The notes: a model not told the origin generated them from the sequence alone. A stretch of DNA of 64,000 bases from Spirochaetia bacterium (GCA_963666985.2 CAXXIA010000002.1:288001-352000), one strand, 5' to 3'; shown: positions 1-11,824, counted from the stretch's first letter. Made by a program: numbers and translations.

Positions 1-2
1 CC

Positions 3-887
3 GCGAAAGCCTCCTCCGTGCTGGGAAGCGGCGGGTGTATCGACGAGAACGAACGAATCGACGGCGACCGGACGGCGACCGCCGCGATCGGGACCGACGG
101 CTGTAGAAAGAATTCTTCCGAAGTTTCTTCAAATCCTCTTCCGCCGAAGCCTTTCGATCGCCCTTCCTTTTCCGGCCCCTTAATTGAAATGAAAAATGTG
201 TCTCTGGCATACGGCGGCCGTCCCGTTCTCGATGGTATCGACTGGAGGGTTTCGCCCGGCGAATCCTGGCTTCTGACCGGCCCGAACGGATCGGGAAAAA
301 CAACGCTTCTCAATCTTATCAGCGGCGATGAACCCAGAGGCTTCGGACAGGATTTATGGATTTTCGGAAGAAAAAAAGGAAGCGGCGAATCCATAACCGA
401 GATTAAAAAGAATCTTGGGCATGTCTCCGCCGCTCTTCAGGAATCGGCATCCCGCCACGCGACGCCGCTGGAAATCGTCGGAAGCGGACTCAGGGATTCC
501 CTGGTACTCTCACCGCCGCCTGACGGATATGAAAGCGCTTTGGTCCGAAGCTGGCTGAAAGTCGTCGGTTTGGCGAACGTCTCCGAAATCCCGTTCTTCC
601 GTCTTCCTTACGGAGATCGCCGATTGGCCATGATTGCCCGGGCCATGATTAAGCATCCGCCGCTCTTGCTGCTGGATGAGCCCATGCACGGCCTGGATTC
701 GGCCGCGCGAAAAAAAATCTCAGACCTTATCGATCGGGTTATTCGCGAAACAAAAACTTCGGTCCTCTTCGTCAGTCACCGGCCCGAAGACGCACCGGCT
801 TCCGTGATGAACCATATCCGGCTTATACCGGATCCGAACGGCGGTCCGTCGCAGGCGCGTATCGCCTGCCGGGAAACCGGCGAATAA
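3..887 (+). CDS. ABC ATPase, ModF-like (5'-truncated; C-terminal ABC domain visible)
   Basis: Walker A GPNGSGKTT, degenerate signature LPYGD, Walker B LLLLDEP, H-loop VSH. The frame is open to the window edge. LWIFGRKKGSGESITEIKKNLG resembles the second domain of ModF. Confidence 0.75.
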   Translation, partial: AKASSVLGSGGCIDENERIDGDRTATAAIGTDGCRKNSSEVSSNPLPPKPFDRPSFSGPLIEMKNVSLAYGGRPVLDGIDWRVSPGESWLLTGPNGSGKTTLLNLISGDEPRGFGQDLWIFGRKKGSGESITEIKKNLGHVSAALQESASRHATPLEIVGSGLRDSLVLSPPPDGYESALVRSWLKVVGLANVSEIPFFRLPYGDRRLAMIARAMIKHPPLLLLDEPMHGLDSAARKKISDLIDRVIRETKTSVLFVSHRPEDAPASVMNHIRLIPDPNGGPSQARIACRETGE

Positions 888-910
888 CCCGCTCTTTTAA
901 GAGGGAGCAC

Positions 911-1684
911 TCAGCCGGGGATTTCTCCGACGCCGCCGAGCACGTATTTCGGCCGATAAGCGAAATTCTCAATTTCCCTCTCGTCGGTTACGCCGCTGAG
1001 AACAAGAACCGTATCGATCATCGACTCCACCCCGGCGACGATGTCGGTATCCATCCGGTCTCCGATAATAACGGTTTCTTCCCGCTGAACGCCGATACGC
1101 CCCAGAGCGTTGCGCATCATCAGAGGGTTGGGCTTTCCGATAAAATAAGCCTTCTTTCCGGTGGAAAGCTCGATGGGCGCCACCAGGGAGCCCGTACCGG
1201 GAGCGATTCCGCCTTCAACGGGACCGGTCAAATCGGGATTGCAGCCGATGAGTTTGGCTCCCCTGCGTACAAGATTCACCGCCCTTTCCAAAGTTTCGAA
1301 ATTGTACGTTTTGGTTTCACCGATTACCACGTAATCCGGATCGACCGCATTCATCGAATATCCCGATTCATAAAGCGCGTTGATAATTCCGGCGTCTCCG
1401 ACGACATAGGCGCTGCCTCCGGGATTCTGTTCCGCCAGAAACTGAGCCGTGGCCAAAGCACTTGTATAAAAATGCTCCACGCTGACATCAAGTCCCAGCC
1501 GAAGGAGTTTCTCCCTAAGCTCTCTCGGTGAATATCCCGAATTATTGGTAAGAAACAGGTATTCCTTTCCTTCGGTGTTCAGCCAAGATAGAAACTCTTT
1601 GACTCCCGGCAGAAGCTGATTTCCATGATAAATAACACCGTCCATGTCGCAGATGAAGGCCTTTTTGCTGCGCAATCGCTCCAT
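911..1684 (-). CDS. nagD: HAD-IIA family hydrolase (NagD-like phosphatase)
   Basis: Motifs DMDGVIY, LTNNS, GKPNP and GDRMDTD; AGGAG SD upstream. Confidence 0.85.
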   Translation of the reverse strand: MERLRSKKAFICDMDGVIYHGNQLLPGVKEFLSWLNTEGKEYLFLTNNSGYSPRELREKLLRLGLDVSVEHFYTSALATAQFLAEQNPGGSAYVVGDAGIINALYESGYSMNAVDPDYVVIGETKTYNFETLERAVNLVRRGAKLIGCNPDLTGPVEGGIAPGTGSLVAPIELSTGKKAYFIGKPNPLMMRNALGRIGVQREETVIIGDRMDTDIVAGVESMIDTVLVLSGVTDEREIENFAYRPKYVLGGVGEIPG

Positions 1685-1739
1685 GTAACTTTTCTCTCCT
1701 CTGCCGGAACCGCCTGAAATATCGGCGGATTACGGCCGA

Positions 1740-2930
1740 TTAACTCTCGTTATCCCGAACCAGAACCCAAACATCGTCCGCCGGCGAGGCACCCAAACCC
1801 CATCGGCTTCCCGGCAGCCGTTTCGTATCCGTTTCCCAGACTATCATGCGGCGGGCATGCACGGCGTCGGCCTCATCCAGCGTTTTCAACAGCCTATCCC
1901 AGTTCTTATTGTCCACAATAAAACGGGAGATGTCGAATTCGTCACCCGGCGAACCGGGAGGCGGAGCAAGATTATTATCAAAATCAAAGGCTCCGGACAG
2001 CCTCCGTCCATGCCGGGAAAGCTCCGTTACAGCGCTCCGAAGTTCCGGCGTGAGAGACCGTATACCGAAAGGGAAGGCCAGAGTCCGAACGCTTTTCGCT
2101 TCCCCTCCGGCATATTCATCCAGGATTTCCCAACAAGACATCAGATCCTCCGCGAAAGCGGCCGGTTCCAAATCATAAGCATAGATATGACTCATCGTGT
2201 GAAGACCGAGGATGAAATTATCGTCAAGATAACGGATTTTTTCGGAAATAACGGGAACGCCCCTGTAGGGAAAGCCGGGATTCACCGCCCCGTCCAGCTG
2301 CCGAAACGGAACGGCGTCGAACGAGACATAAAAAGTAAAATTAATCCGGCCGTCTTCCCGCGGAATATACCGTTCGAGAATATCCACCATACAGTCCCGA
2401 TCCAGCAGAGGTTTTCCGAAAAATCGCACCACCCGACCGGTGAGTCTGTCGCCGTGGGTCTGGTAAATCATGTTTCCGTGAGAAGCATCATCGGATCCCA
2501 TAACGATGGGCTTCAGGCCGGTCGGAACGCGGGAGAAATCCCCTTCGATGTACTGATAATCGGACACCAGGTACCAGCCGTCATCTTTGATGAGTCTGCA
2601 GAGACGGCGGAATCTCTCGGGCGAGAGCGCGTATTTATCCTCGCGGCTGATTTTATGCAGACACAAGATGGGGACTTCGCCCTCACATGCCTTTTCCGCA
2701 AGAAACACCACATCTTTCTCGCGGCGAATCATCCATTCCTCGTATCCGCCGTGTTCCGCCAGAAATTCGTAGGGATCGACGCCGTCGGGAACTTCCAGGC
2801 TTTCGGTTAACGAAGGCCTGTCGTAACGGTCTTTCACATAAAGCCAAAAGACATCGGCCGCGGGCAGAGGCAAGACCGCGATGGTCAATAGATGGAGGGC
2901 AAGGCAGGGAAGCTTCAAAATCCTCATCAC
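1740..2930 (-). CDS. Exported polysaccharide deacetylase-like (NodB/CE4-fold) protein
   Basis: Signal-peptide-like N-terminus; PILCLH, SDD, HTMSH and LAFPFG match CE4 motifs. Confidence 0.6.
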   Translation of the reverse strand: MMRILKLPCLALHLLTIAVLPLPAADVFWLYVKDRYDRPSLTESLEVPDGVDPYEFLAEHGGYEEWMIRREKDVVFLAEKACEGEVPILCLHKISREDKYALSPERFRRLCRLIKDDGWYLVSDYQYIEGDFSRVPTGLKPIVMGSDDASHGNMIYQTHGDRLTGRVVRFFGKPLLDRDCMVDILERYIPREDGRINFTFYVSFDAVPFRQLDGAVNPGFPYRGVPVISEKIRYLDDNFILGLHTMSHIYAYDLEPAAFAEDLMSCWEILDEYAGGEAKSVRTLAFPFGIRSLTPELRSAVTELSRHGRRLSGAFDFDNNLAPPPGSPGDEFDISRFIVDNKNWDRLLKTLDEADAVHARRMIVWETDTKRLPGSRWGLGASPADDVWVLVRDNES

Positions 2931-2936
2931 ACGAGT

Positions 2937-2965
2937 AACCTAGCAATTCCGGCGAAAGACCTCAA
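2937..2965 (-). promoter_or_regulatory. sigma70-type promoter, probably leaderless
   Basis: Minus strand TTGAGG-17 nt-TAGGTT, with TG before the -10, then 6 nt to the GTG at 2930; no SD. Confidence 0.5.
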
Positions 2966-2992
2966 TGGATAACCGCTTAATTGCGGCCGCAG

Positions 2993-3025
2993 AAAAAAAG
3001 CCGCCCCTGGGTTAGGAGCGGCTTT
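2993..3025 (-). terminator. Intrinsic terminator after secF
   Basis: AAAGCCGC...GCGGCTTT hairpin; the plus-strand A-run gives a U-tract on the minus strand. Confidence 0.7.
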
Positions 3026-3044
3026 AGACATCTTCAAAAGACGA

Positions 3045-4091
3045 TTATTTTTTCTTCTTTTTCTTCTTCGCCTTAGCTTTGGCCCGTTTTTCCGTGGCCT
3101 CGGCGATTTCTTCCGCGGTCTGCTTCACGGGCTCGGGAGCCTGTGATTTGGAAGCGGCATGAACCGCGCCTCCAGCGGAGGAGGATCTGACCGTTCCGAG
3201 TGCGGCGCTTTTTCGCCGGACTTCCTTATCATGCCACGCCAGCAGAATGGGCGAAGCAACGAAAATCGACGAATAGGTACCGACAATAACGCCGACCGTC
3301 AGGCTCAGCGCGAAAATTCGGATGGTACCGCCGGCGAACACAACAATGGCCAATACGGCAATCAGGGTGGTAACCGAGGTGATTAACGTTCGGCTGAGAG
3401 ATTGGGAAACCGACAAATCGATAACGTCCCTGAAACTCTTATCCTTCACGATTCTCGCGTTTTCACGGATACGGTCGAAGATAACGATGGTGTCGTTCAG
3501 GGAGTATCCGATAATCGTGAGAACGGCCGCGATCGTGGCGGTTGAAAACTCAAGCCGGAAAGCGCCGATGAATCCCAACAGGAACAGGACGTCGTGAAAA
3601 ACGGCGACGATCGCCGAGACGGCGTAATTCAGTCGGAACCGAATCCAGATGTACAAAAGGATGAGACCCATGGCAATCAGGGTTACCCAGATGGTCTGAG
3701 TCGCCAGATTACTGGCGTAACTGGATCCGATGTACTCTTGGCTGATGATTTCGACACTGCCGAATTTCGCCTCCAGCTTTTCGGCCACGGCGTTTGAAGT
3801 GGTCTGCTGGAAATCCTCGATATCTTTGTTGTCGGGGATTTTAACGATAAAACGTCCGCCCTCGTCGCCCGCGGTCTGAACGGAGGGAGCGAATTCGGTC
3901 AGAACGGAACGTACGGCCTCTTCGTCGGAAGCCGCCGGAACATCCACGGTAATATTCAAACCGGCTTTGAAATCAATTCCGAAATTGAATCCGCCCGCGA
4001 CAAAAAGCGTGTAGGCCCAGAAAATCACAATGAGAACGGCCGATGTCGTCAATGCGGGGATTCGGAAGCGGGTTACTCTGAATAGTTTCAT
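3045..4091 (-). CDS. secF: Protein translocase subunit SecF
   Basis: GIDFKAG, FHDV, GYSLNDTIVIFDRIREN, SRTLITS. ATG at 4091 overlaps the secD stop (TAATG). Confidence 0.95.
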   Translation of the reverse strand: MKLFRVTRFRIPALTTSAVLIVIFWAYTLFVAGGFNFGIDFKAGLNITVDVPAASDEEAVRSVLTEFAPSVQTAGDEGGRFIVKIPDNKDIEDFQQTTSNAVAEKLEAKFGSVEIISQEYIGSSYASNLATQTIWVTLIAMGLILLYIWIRFRLNYAVSAIVAVFHDVLFLLGFIGAFRLEFSTATIAAVLTIIGYSLNDTIVIFDRIRENARIVKDKSFRDVIDLSVSQSLSRTLITSVTTLIAVLAIVVFAGGTIRIFALSLTVGVIVGTYSSIFVASPILLAWHDKEVRRKSAALGTVRSSSAGGAVHAASKSQAPEPVKQTAEEIAEATEKRAKAKAKKKKKKK

Positions 4092-5818
4092 TATTTGATC
4101 CCCCACGCGATGCTCAATTTCCGCCGTTTAAGTCCTTCGGTTCCCACATCGAAGATGAACCGGGACACGAACAAGGCCGTGAACAGGGAACATCCGATAC
4201 CCCATGCCAGAGTAACGGCGAATCCTTGAACCGGCCCCTTACCCAGCTGAGAAAGGAAGAGAGCCGCGATGAGTGTTGTAATCTGGGCGTCCATGATGGT
4301 CCAGAAGGCCTTTTTGAATCCGATTTCAACCGCCGCCGCCCGGCTTTTGCCGAGACGAAGCTCTTCTTTGATACGCTCGAAAATAATAACGTTCGCGTCC
4401 ACCGACATACCGACCGTCAGGATGAGACCGGCGATACTGGTCATGGTCAGCGTGAAATTAAAACTGGAGAGCAGAGCCGTAAGCAGGAAAAGATTCATGA
4501 TCAGCGCCATATCGGCGATCAGACCGGCGCCTTTATACCAGACGGCCATAAAAATGAAAACCGCGGCGAATCCGATCAGGATGGCCTTGAGTCCCGCCTG
4601 AATGGTATCGGCCCCCAGGGAGGCGCCCACGGACTGAAGCGTTCGGATGCCGAGCCGTACCGGAAGAGAACCGGTTCGGAGAACCACGGCCAGATCGTTG
4701 GCTTCGGTATAATCGAAACCCGTTACGCGGACGCTTCCGCCGGGAATGGCCTCGGTAATAAGAGCGTAGGCCTTAACCTTGTCGTCAAGAACAACGGCCA
4801 TGTACTTATCGACGTTCTCGGAAGTGAGTCTCTGGAACACCGTCGCGCCTTCCGAATCGAGCCGGAACGTTACGATGGGCTGCAGAGTGGTCTGATCGGT
4901 CTCGGGCTTGGCCTCACGGATATGAACGCCGTCGAGACCGGGAGTGTCGCTTACGACGATCCAGCCGTTGAACTGATCGATGCCGTAGCTGTCCTTGGTG
5001 TAATAGCCGAGAGCTTTCAGTCCCTCCGCCAGAACGCCTTCGTCGGAGGGACGGCCGTCGATGATTTTACCGCCGGATTCCGTATACGTACGGATGGTCT
5101 CCGTTCCGGCGTCATCAACGATGTGGAATCCCAGAGAACCTCGTCCCATCAGGAAGGAATTGACCCTCTCGGGGTCGGCTTCGCCGGGGATGTCGATCAG
5201 AATGGAGTCGTCGAGCTGTTTGCGAATCTGCGGTTCGGTAAGGCCGAAGGTGTCGATTCTGTTGGTGATGACTTCAAGAGCCGATTCAAGGGCCGCTTCT
5301 TTATCATCGGCGGACAGAACTTCACCCTTGGCTTCTTCCAAGGAAGTAAAATCCGGTTCAAGAACCACGCTCAAACCTCCCGAGAGGTCAAGACCAAGGG
5401 CCAGAATCCGGTTCTTCATATCCTTCAGATCCAACACGTTCTGCCTGTAGGTATCTTCAAGAACGCCGCGTACATCGTCGTAATCCTTGAAACCGTTCAA
5501 AACGTCGCCGAGAGTCCATTCGCGGGGGATGTCCTTATCGATCAACTTATAGTTGTCTTTCGCAAGACTGATCAGGAAATCGTATTCTTTCGGAATCGGA
5601 GAAGAAACCGCATCGGGATCTTTGGCAAGAGCCCCGATTTCATCCAGGGCCTCGGACGCCCGGTCGACGGCCCATTCGCGAATTTCCTCACGCGTACCGT
5701 TGGCCAAGGTCTTCATTTCCCCATCCGTAAAGAAGTACCACGTTACCGTCGGGTACAGGAACACGACTCCCAACCCAATAAAGATCAGGATGAGGAGCAG
5801 TCGCATCATTTTGGTCAT
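4091..5818 (-). CDS. secD: Protein translocase subunit SecD
   Basis: LGLDLSGG, NRIDTFGLTEPQIR, GMSVDANVIIFERIKEE, GPVQGFAVTL. Confidence 0.95.
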   Translation of the reverse strand: MTKMMRLLLILIFIGLGVVFLYPTVTWYFFTDGEMKTLANGTREEIREWAVDRASEALDEIGALAKDPDAVSSPIPKEYDFLISLAKDNYKLIDKDIPREWTLGDVLNGFKDYDDVRGVLEDTYRQNVLDLKDMKNRILALGLDLSGGLSVVLEPDFTSLEEAKGEVLSADDKEAALESALEVITNRIDTFGLTEPQIRKQLDDSILIDIPGEADPERVNSFLMGRGSLGFHIVDDAGTETIRTYTESGGKIIDGRPSDEGVLAEGLKALGYYTKDSYGIDQFNGWIVVSDTPGLDGVHIREAKPETDQTTLQPIVTFRLDSEGATVFQRLTSENVDKYMAVVLDDKVKAYALITEAIPGGSVRVTGFDYTEANDLAVVLRTGSLPVRLGIRTLQSVGASLGADTIQAGLKAILIGFAAVFIFMAVWYKGAGLIADMALIMNLFLLTALLSSFNFTLTMTSIAGLILTVGMSVDANVIIFERIKEELRLGKSRAAAVEIGFKKAFWTIMDAQITTLIAALFLSQLGKGPVQGFAVTLAWGIGCSLFTALFVSRFIFDVGTEGLKRRKLSIAWGIK

Positions 5819-5854
5819 TCTATTTCATCTCCCAAAGGGATCATTCGGTTACCT

Positions 5855-6262
5855 TTATTCGTCGCCGGAGGCTTCGTCGGATTTTTCCTTAGCGGCTTTG
5901 CTCTTTTTAGCGGGAGCAGCTGTTTCGGCGGGAGCGACGTTGTCCACGGAAGCTATGGCCGATTTTGAAAACTCCAGCGTGGCGCCTTTATTGTCCACTT
6001 CGACAATAACGGAGTTTTCGGCAACGTTTTTCACGGTCCCTTTGATCCCGCCGATACTGGTGACCTTATCACCCTTTTTGATCGCCGAGAGCATATCCTT
6101 GGTCTCTTTCTGCTTTTTCCGCTGCGGCCTGATAATCAGGAACCAGAATACGGCGAAAACGCCGACGATCATCAAAATCTGTACATAACTGGTACCGGGA
6201 GCCGCGCCCGCTTCTCCGCCGGTGGAAGCCGGCATGCCCATGAGTAAGGGTAGGTTTGTCAT
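5855..6262 (-). CDS. yajC: Preprotein translocase subunit YajC
   Basis: TM helix followed by IRPQRKKQK...IKKGDKVTSIGGIKG; upstream of secD. Confidence 0.93.
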   Translation of the reverse strand: MTNLPLLMGMPASTGGEAGAAPGTSYVQILMIVGVFAVFWFLIIRPQRKKQKETKDMLSAIKKGDKVTSIGGIKGTVKNVAENSVIVEVDNKGATLEFSKSAIASVDNVAPAETAAPAKKSKAAKEKSDEASGDE

Positions 6263-6355
6263 AACGAAATTGCCTGCCTTGAATTACGGATCGGGAATAC
6301 CGGAAGTCCGACCGGCCGTACCGATGCGCGATTTGTGTAAATTTGGAACCGTGAC

Positions 6356-6384
6356 ACCCTATCATGGTGTCCGAGGCTCGTCAA
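6356..6384 (-). promoter_or_regulatory. Putative yajC-secDF promoter
   Basis: Minus strand TTGACG-17 nt-TAGGGT with TG preceding the -10. Confidence 0.45.
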
Positions 6385-6392
6385 TCAGAGCT

Positions 6393-6686
6393 TTATACGG
6401 CACGAACTCCGGTTATATCGCCGGACGGCTTCTGCACGCCGAAAACCTTCGATAAATCTTCGCTTTTTTCGTACCGAACCGGGGAAACGATATTGTACTT
6501 TTCCAAAACGTAATCGGCATCGGCCGTGTTTTCATCGAAAACGGCTCTCCGGTATGCTTCCCGAAACAAACCGTTATCGGCCAAAGCCCTGGCATCAAGT
6601 TTTCGGTATTTGGAACGCGACCGTTTATCCACGATTGCGTTATTGCCGTCGAAACCGATGGCGAAGACAAAATCTTCCCGTTTCAT
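6393..6686 (-). CDS. Hypothetical protein (97 aa)
   Basis: ATG at 6686 preceded by a G-rich SD; protein-like composition (MKREDFVFAIGFDGNNAIVD...); fills the groEL-yajC gap on the same strand. Confidence 0.65.
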   Translation of the reverse strand: MKREDFVFAIGFDGNNAIVDKRSRSKYRKLDARALADNGLFREAYRRAVFDENTADADYVLEKYNIVSPVRYEKSEDLSKVFGVQKPSGDITGVRAV

Positions 6687-6914
6687 ATCAGCCCCCCCAT
6701 GCGAACCGAAGATGTGTGCGGTTGAAAAGGCCGAATCATCGGTTCGGATTCTCCGCACGTTCCGTCCGTCCGCCGGATCTTGTTTTCCGGGAAGACTTCG
6801 ATTTCGTCTTCCCGCTACTTACGTAAAGGGCCGGCCGCCAAGCGACCGGCCCCGATTGAGCTATGTAAGCGGATGACAATCTTCCACCGAGAAACGAATC
6901 CCGGTGAACGATTA

Positions 6915-8624
<1,710 letters not shown>

Positions 8625-8702
8625 TTAGGCGTTTTCCCGGTAGAAAAAATACAAAAAACAACCGGCAGCATCAAGAATTTTCTTTCCGGGAATGAAAACA
8701 TC

Positions 8703-9464
8703 TTATCCTGATTCGATTTCACCGCTGTAAACCGAAGCAATTTCGCCGTCCTCGGATTCGATTTGAAGAGAGCCGTCGGGGGCCAATCCGAGTAAAGTCC
8801 CCTTAAGAAACTCCGACCGGGAGGGATCTCCCAAACGGACCTTCACGGGCCGCCCCAGTCCGTTCAGACGGTTCGCGATTTCGCCGATCGGGGGCGGCGT
8901 ACGGAGAACCTCTTCAATTTCCTCAAGCAGCCGGGGCAGTTCCGTTTCCGCAGAAGGCGGATGCACTCCGTAGGAATCGCTTCGGGAGATTGCGGCCGCG
9001 CCGAGATTGGCCAGCGCCCCGGCGATACTGACGGCCGGACGGCGCAGGTTCTCCGGATATTCCCGCCTGATAAGGTTTACGCCGATTCCGGCAAGAAAAA
9101 AATCACCTTGAGTTTCCACGAGGATTCCGGCGATCTTCGCGCCTGAGATAAGCACATCGTTGGGCCATTTAATCGACGGAGAGAGACCGTAGCCCTTCTC
9201 CAGGCGCCTGCAGAGAGCCAGAGCCAGAGCCTGTGTGGGCGGAAAGAGGGAGGTATAAGACGATTTATCAAGAATCAGCGTGAAAAGAAGATCGCCGGAG
9301 CCGCCGTCTTCCCACCGTCTGCCGGCGATTCTTCCGCGTCCCGCCGATTGGGTGCGGGCCGTGCAGACCGTTCCATGACCGTATCCCGCGGCCAGAGCCG
9401 AACGGGCGTCTTCCATGGTGGATGAGGTAATATCTTCGGCTAAGATAACGGAGGGAAAAGTCAT
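8703..9464 (-). CDS. birA: Biotin-protein ligase (group I, no HTH)
   Basis: QSAGRGR, IKWPND, KIAGILVE, GIGVN. Confidence 0.9.
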   Translation of the reverse strand: MTFPSVILAEDITSSTMEDARSALAAGYGHGTVCTARTQSAGRGRIAGRRWEDGGSGDLLFTLILDKSSYTSLFPPTQALALALCRRLEKGYGLSPSIKWPNDVLISGAKIAGILVETQGDFFLAGIGVNLIRREYPENLRRPAVSIAGALANLGAAAISRSDSYGVHPPSAETELPRLLEEIEEVLRTPPPIGEIANRLNGLGRPVKVRLGDPSRSEFLKGTLLGLAPDGSLQIESEDGEIASVYSGEIESG

Positions 9465-9472
9465 TTCCGGGA

Positions 9473-9478
9473 ATTATA
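9473..9478 (-). promoter_or_regulatory. -10 box of a probably leaderless birA promoter
   Basis: Perfect TATAAT 8 nt before the ATG; no SD. Confidence 0.5.
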
Positions 9479-9599
9479 CAGTAAGGGCTCGGTCCGCCGC
9501 GAGAGAAGGCGGCAAGTAAAGACGCCGCCTTTATTCAAAGGATAAAGCCCGACTCGGCGAATAAAACTTCGGACCGATTCGGAATTCTCCGGCGGAGTT

Positions 9600-11216
9600 T
9601 TATTCGGCGGAAGGATCGGCGGCATCATCGGCGGGATTTCCATCCGCACCGTCCGTTTCACTTCCGCCGGCATGGCCGCCGCCTTCGCCCGCCCCGCTGT
9701 CGGCGGCCGCTTCTTTGGAAACCGCTTCTTTAGGGGCCGCGTTCTCATCGCCCGAATCCTCGGAAGCCGTATCGGCCGCCGCCGATTCTCCGGAAGCGCC
9801 AACGGCGCTCTCCGCCGATTCATCGTCTTCGCAGAGGTCCTTCAATTCCGCCTTATCGGCTTCGGTAAGAGCCCTGACGGCAATCCGCGGCCCATCGGGG
9901 TCATAATAAAAAACCGTCTTTTCCGCCGCTTTACTCAGTCTGAGCGACAGCCCTCCGATGATGATTTCGGTTCCGACGTCCGCCTGCCCGAAAACAATAA
10001 GCCGGGCTTTCCGGCAGGGATGGCGCTGGTCGGCAAGTTCCTTTTCGGACTTCTTCATTTTTTCCAGAACGTCCTCGACCTGCCGAATCAGGGTTTCCCT
10101 TTCGGCATTCACCGTCGTCTTCGCCTTCAGTTTATCCAGCTTCGCTTCAAGACGGTCTATATGCTCATGCGTGTGATGCAGCTTTCTATCCACAAGGTAA
10201 TCGGATCCGATGAAAATACGCGCCGAAGGGCTCTCGGGCCGCCCGATGCTTCCAACCCGCATGCCTTTTTTCGCCCAGATTTCTCCGCCGACCAGAACAC
10301 CGGCCTCACCGAGATCGACATGGCTGAGGGTGTGAACCTCCGAATGCATGATCGACTTTGCGACGACGATGTCGCCGTGAACCTCGATGGTCGCATTCTC
10401 GATAAATTTTGCGGAGACCGAACCGTCGATGCGGATTTGAGCCTCGCCTCTGCCCTTGATGCCGCCCTCAACCACCAAGTTTCCTTTGGCGAGGACTTGA
10501 GAAGCGTCCATCGTCTGTTTAACGAAAATCGACTTGCCCGCGGCGACGCGAAATCCGTCGCAGACGGCGCCGTGAATAATCACGTCGCCCGGAAAGGCGA
10601 TGTGCCCCGTGGAATAATCGACATTACCGCCGATATCCAGGGTTTCATTAACGGAGATTTCCCGTTCTTTGATTTCAAATCGGCCGTGACAGGCCGCATA
10701 GAGGACATTTTCTTTTTCAATAATATTCTGGGCGGGTCTATAAGAGACAATATCCTTTTCGGTAATGGGAAGAATGTCGCCGGCCAAATTTTTGCCCGTT
10801 TTGCCGGGAGACTCGGGAACTTTCTTGGCGAGAGGTTCCCCCCGCTTCACGAGGACATATGGAGTTTTTTCCCTGTAATCGACATTCGGCGCATTTTCAT
10901 CGTCATCGGGAAGGCCCAAAAGCCGCTTTTTCAGATGCCAATAAGACGGGACGGTCTTCTCCGCCTTTTTTCCCCTGGCGACGATAGCACCTTTCACAAC
11001 CTGTTCTTCACGGAGGCATTTGAGGATAACCTGTTCAAGAACCTTTTCATCAATACCGAAAGTCACCCCCGCGGTTCCCAATTCCGAAATAACGCTGGAG
11101 GTGGTAAAAGCTTCACCGCCGGAGGCCGGCGGATAGAAGTCCGCCGTCGCCGTCATCATATCGTCTGAGAGATGAATTTCGACATGTCCCGGTCGTGCAT
11201 TCGAATTTTCATTCAT
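9600..11216 (-). CDS. Flagellar assembly protein A family (FapA/DUF342)
   Basis: N-terminal SDDMMTA...GVTFGID; GNVDYSTGHIAFPGDVIIHG beta-helix repeats; coiled coil; Ala/Gly/acidic tail. Confidence 0.8.
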   Translation of the reverse strand: MNENSNARPGHVEIHLSDDMMTATADFYPPASGGEAFTTSSVISELGTAGVTFGIDEKVLEQVILKCLREEQVVKGAIVARGKKAEKTVPSYWHLKKRLLGLPDDDENAPNVDYREKTPYVLVKRGEPLAKKVPESPGKTGKNLAGDILPITEKDIVSYRPAQNIIEKENVLYAACHGRFEIKEREISVNETLDIGGNVDYSTGHIAFPGDVIIHGAVCDGFRVAAGKSIFVKQTMDASQVLAKGNLVVEGGIKGRGEAQIRIDGSVSAKFIENATIEVHGDIVVAKSIMHSEVHTLSHVDLGEAGVLVGGEIWAKKGMRVGSIGRPESPSARIFIGSDYLVDRKLHHTHEHIDRLEAKLDKLKAKTTVNAERETLIRQVEDVLEKMKKSEKELADQRHPCRKARLIVFGQADVGTEIIIGGLSLRLSKAAEKTVFYYDPDGPRIAVRALTEADKAELKDLCEDDESAESAVGASGESAAADTASEDSGDENAAPKEAVSKEAAADSGAGEGGGHAGGSETDGADGNPADDAADPSAE

Positions 11217-11317
11217 TACGGATATCCAACTATAACTTTATCATCGGTCCCAAAACCTTATTCCTATACGCCGGCTTGCGGGAGATATCAAGATTTTTTT
11301 TTTAGTTTTTTAAAGGT

Positions 11318-11356
11318 ATTGTATTTTTATACCTTTTTATTGCATATTTATTCACT
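11318..11356 (+). promoter_or_regulatory. Tandem ARG boxes overlapping the argR promoter
   Basis: ATTGTATTTTTATACCTT (11318-11335) and ATTGCATATTTATTCACT (11339-11356), 3 bp apart; matches the TGnATnnwwATnCA consensus. Confidence 0.8.
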
Positions 11357-11824
11357 ATGAACGGACGAGAAACTCGCCTGAAGGCCATCAGAACCATCAT
11401 CGCCGAGCGAAAAATCACGTCACAGGACCATCTTCTGCAGGAATTGGAGTCCGAAGGAGTCATTGTGACTCAAGCCACTCTGTCCCGGGATTTGAAGGTT
11501 CTCAAGGTGGGGAAAGTGCCCGATGACGCCGGCGGTTATTATTATGCTCTCTCGGAAGCCGAGGGAGAGTCCATAGCCGGTTTCGTGGAAGACTTCAAAA
11601 GGGGATATCTGTCTTTAGCGTTCAGCGGAAATTTGGGTGTTATTAAAACGCTGGTGGGACACGCGGATACCGTGGCCATCGCCCTCGACAGGCTTGAATT
11701 TCCGGAAATTCTGGGAACGATTGCCGGCGACGATACCATCCTGGTCATCCTCAAGGAAGGTGAAGACGAAAAATCCCTTATGAGCCGGCTGACACAAACG
11801 ATGGGCGATTTGGAGGTACTCTGA
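11357..11824 (+). CDS. argR: Arginine repressor
   Basis: VTQATLSRDLK helix; ILGTIAGDDTI arginine-binding motif. Confidence 0.95.
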   Translation: MNGRETRLKAIRTIIAERKITSQDHLLQELESEGVIVTQATLSRDLKVLKVGKVPDDAGGYYYALSEAEGESIAGFVEDFKRGYLSLAFSGNLGVIKTLVGHADTVAIALDRLEFPEILGTIAGDDTILVILKEGEDEKSLMSRLTQTMGDLEVL

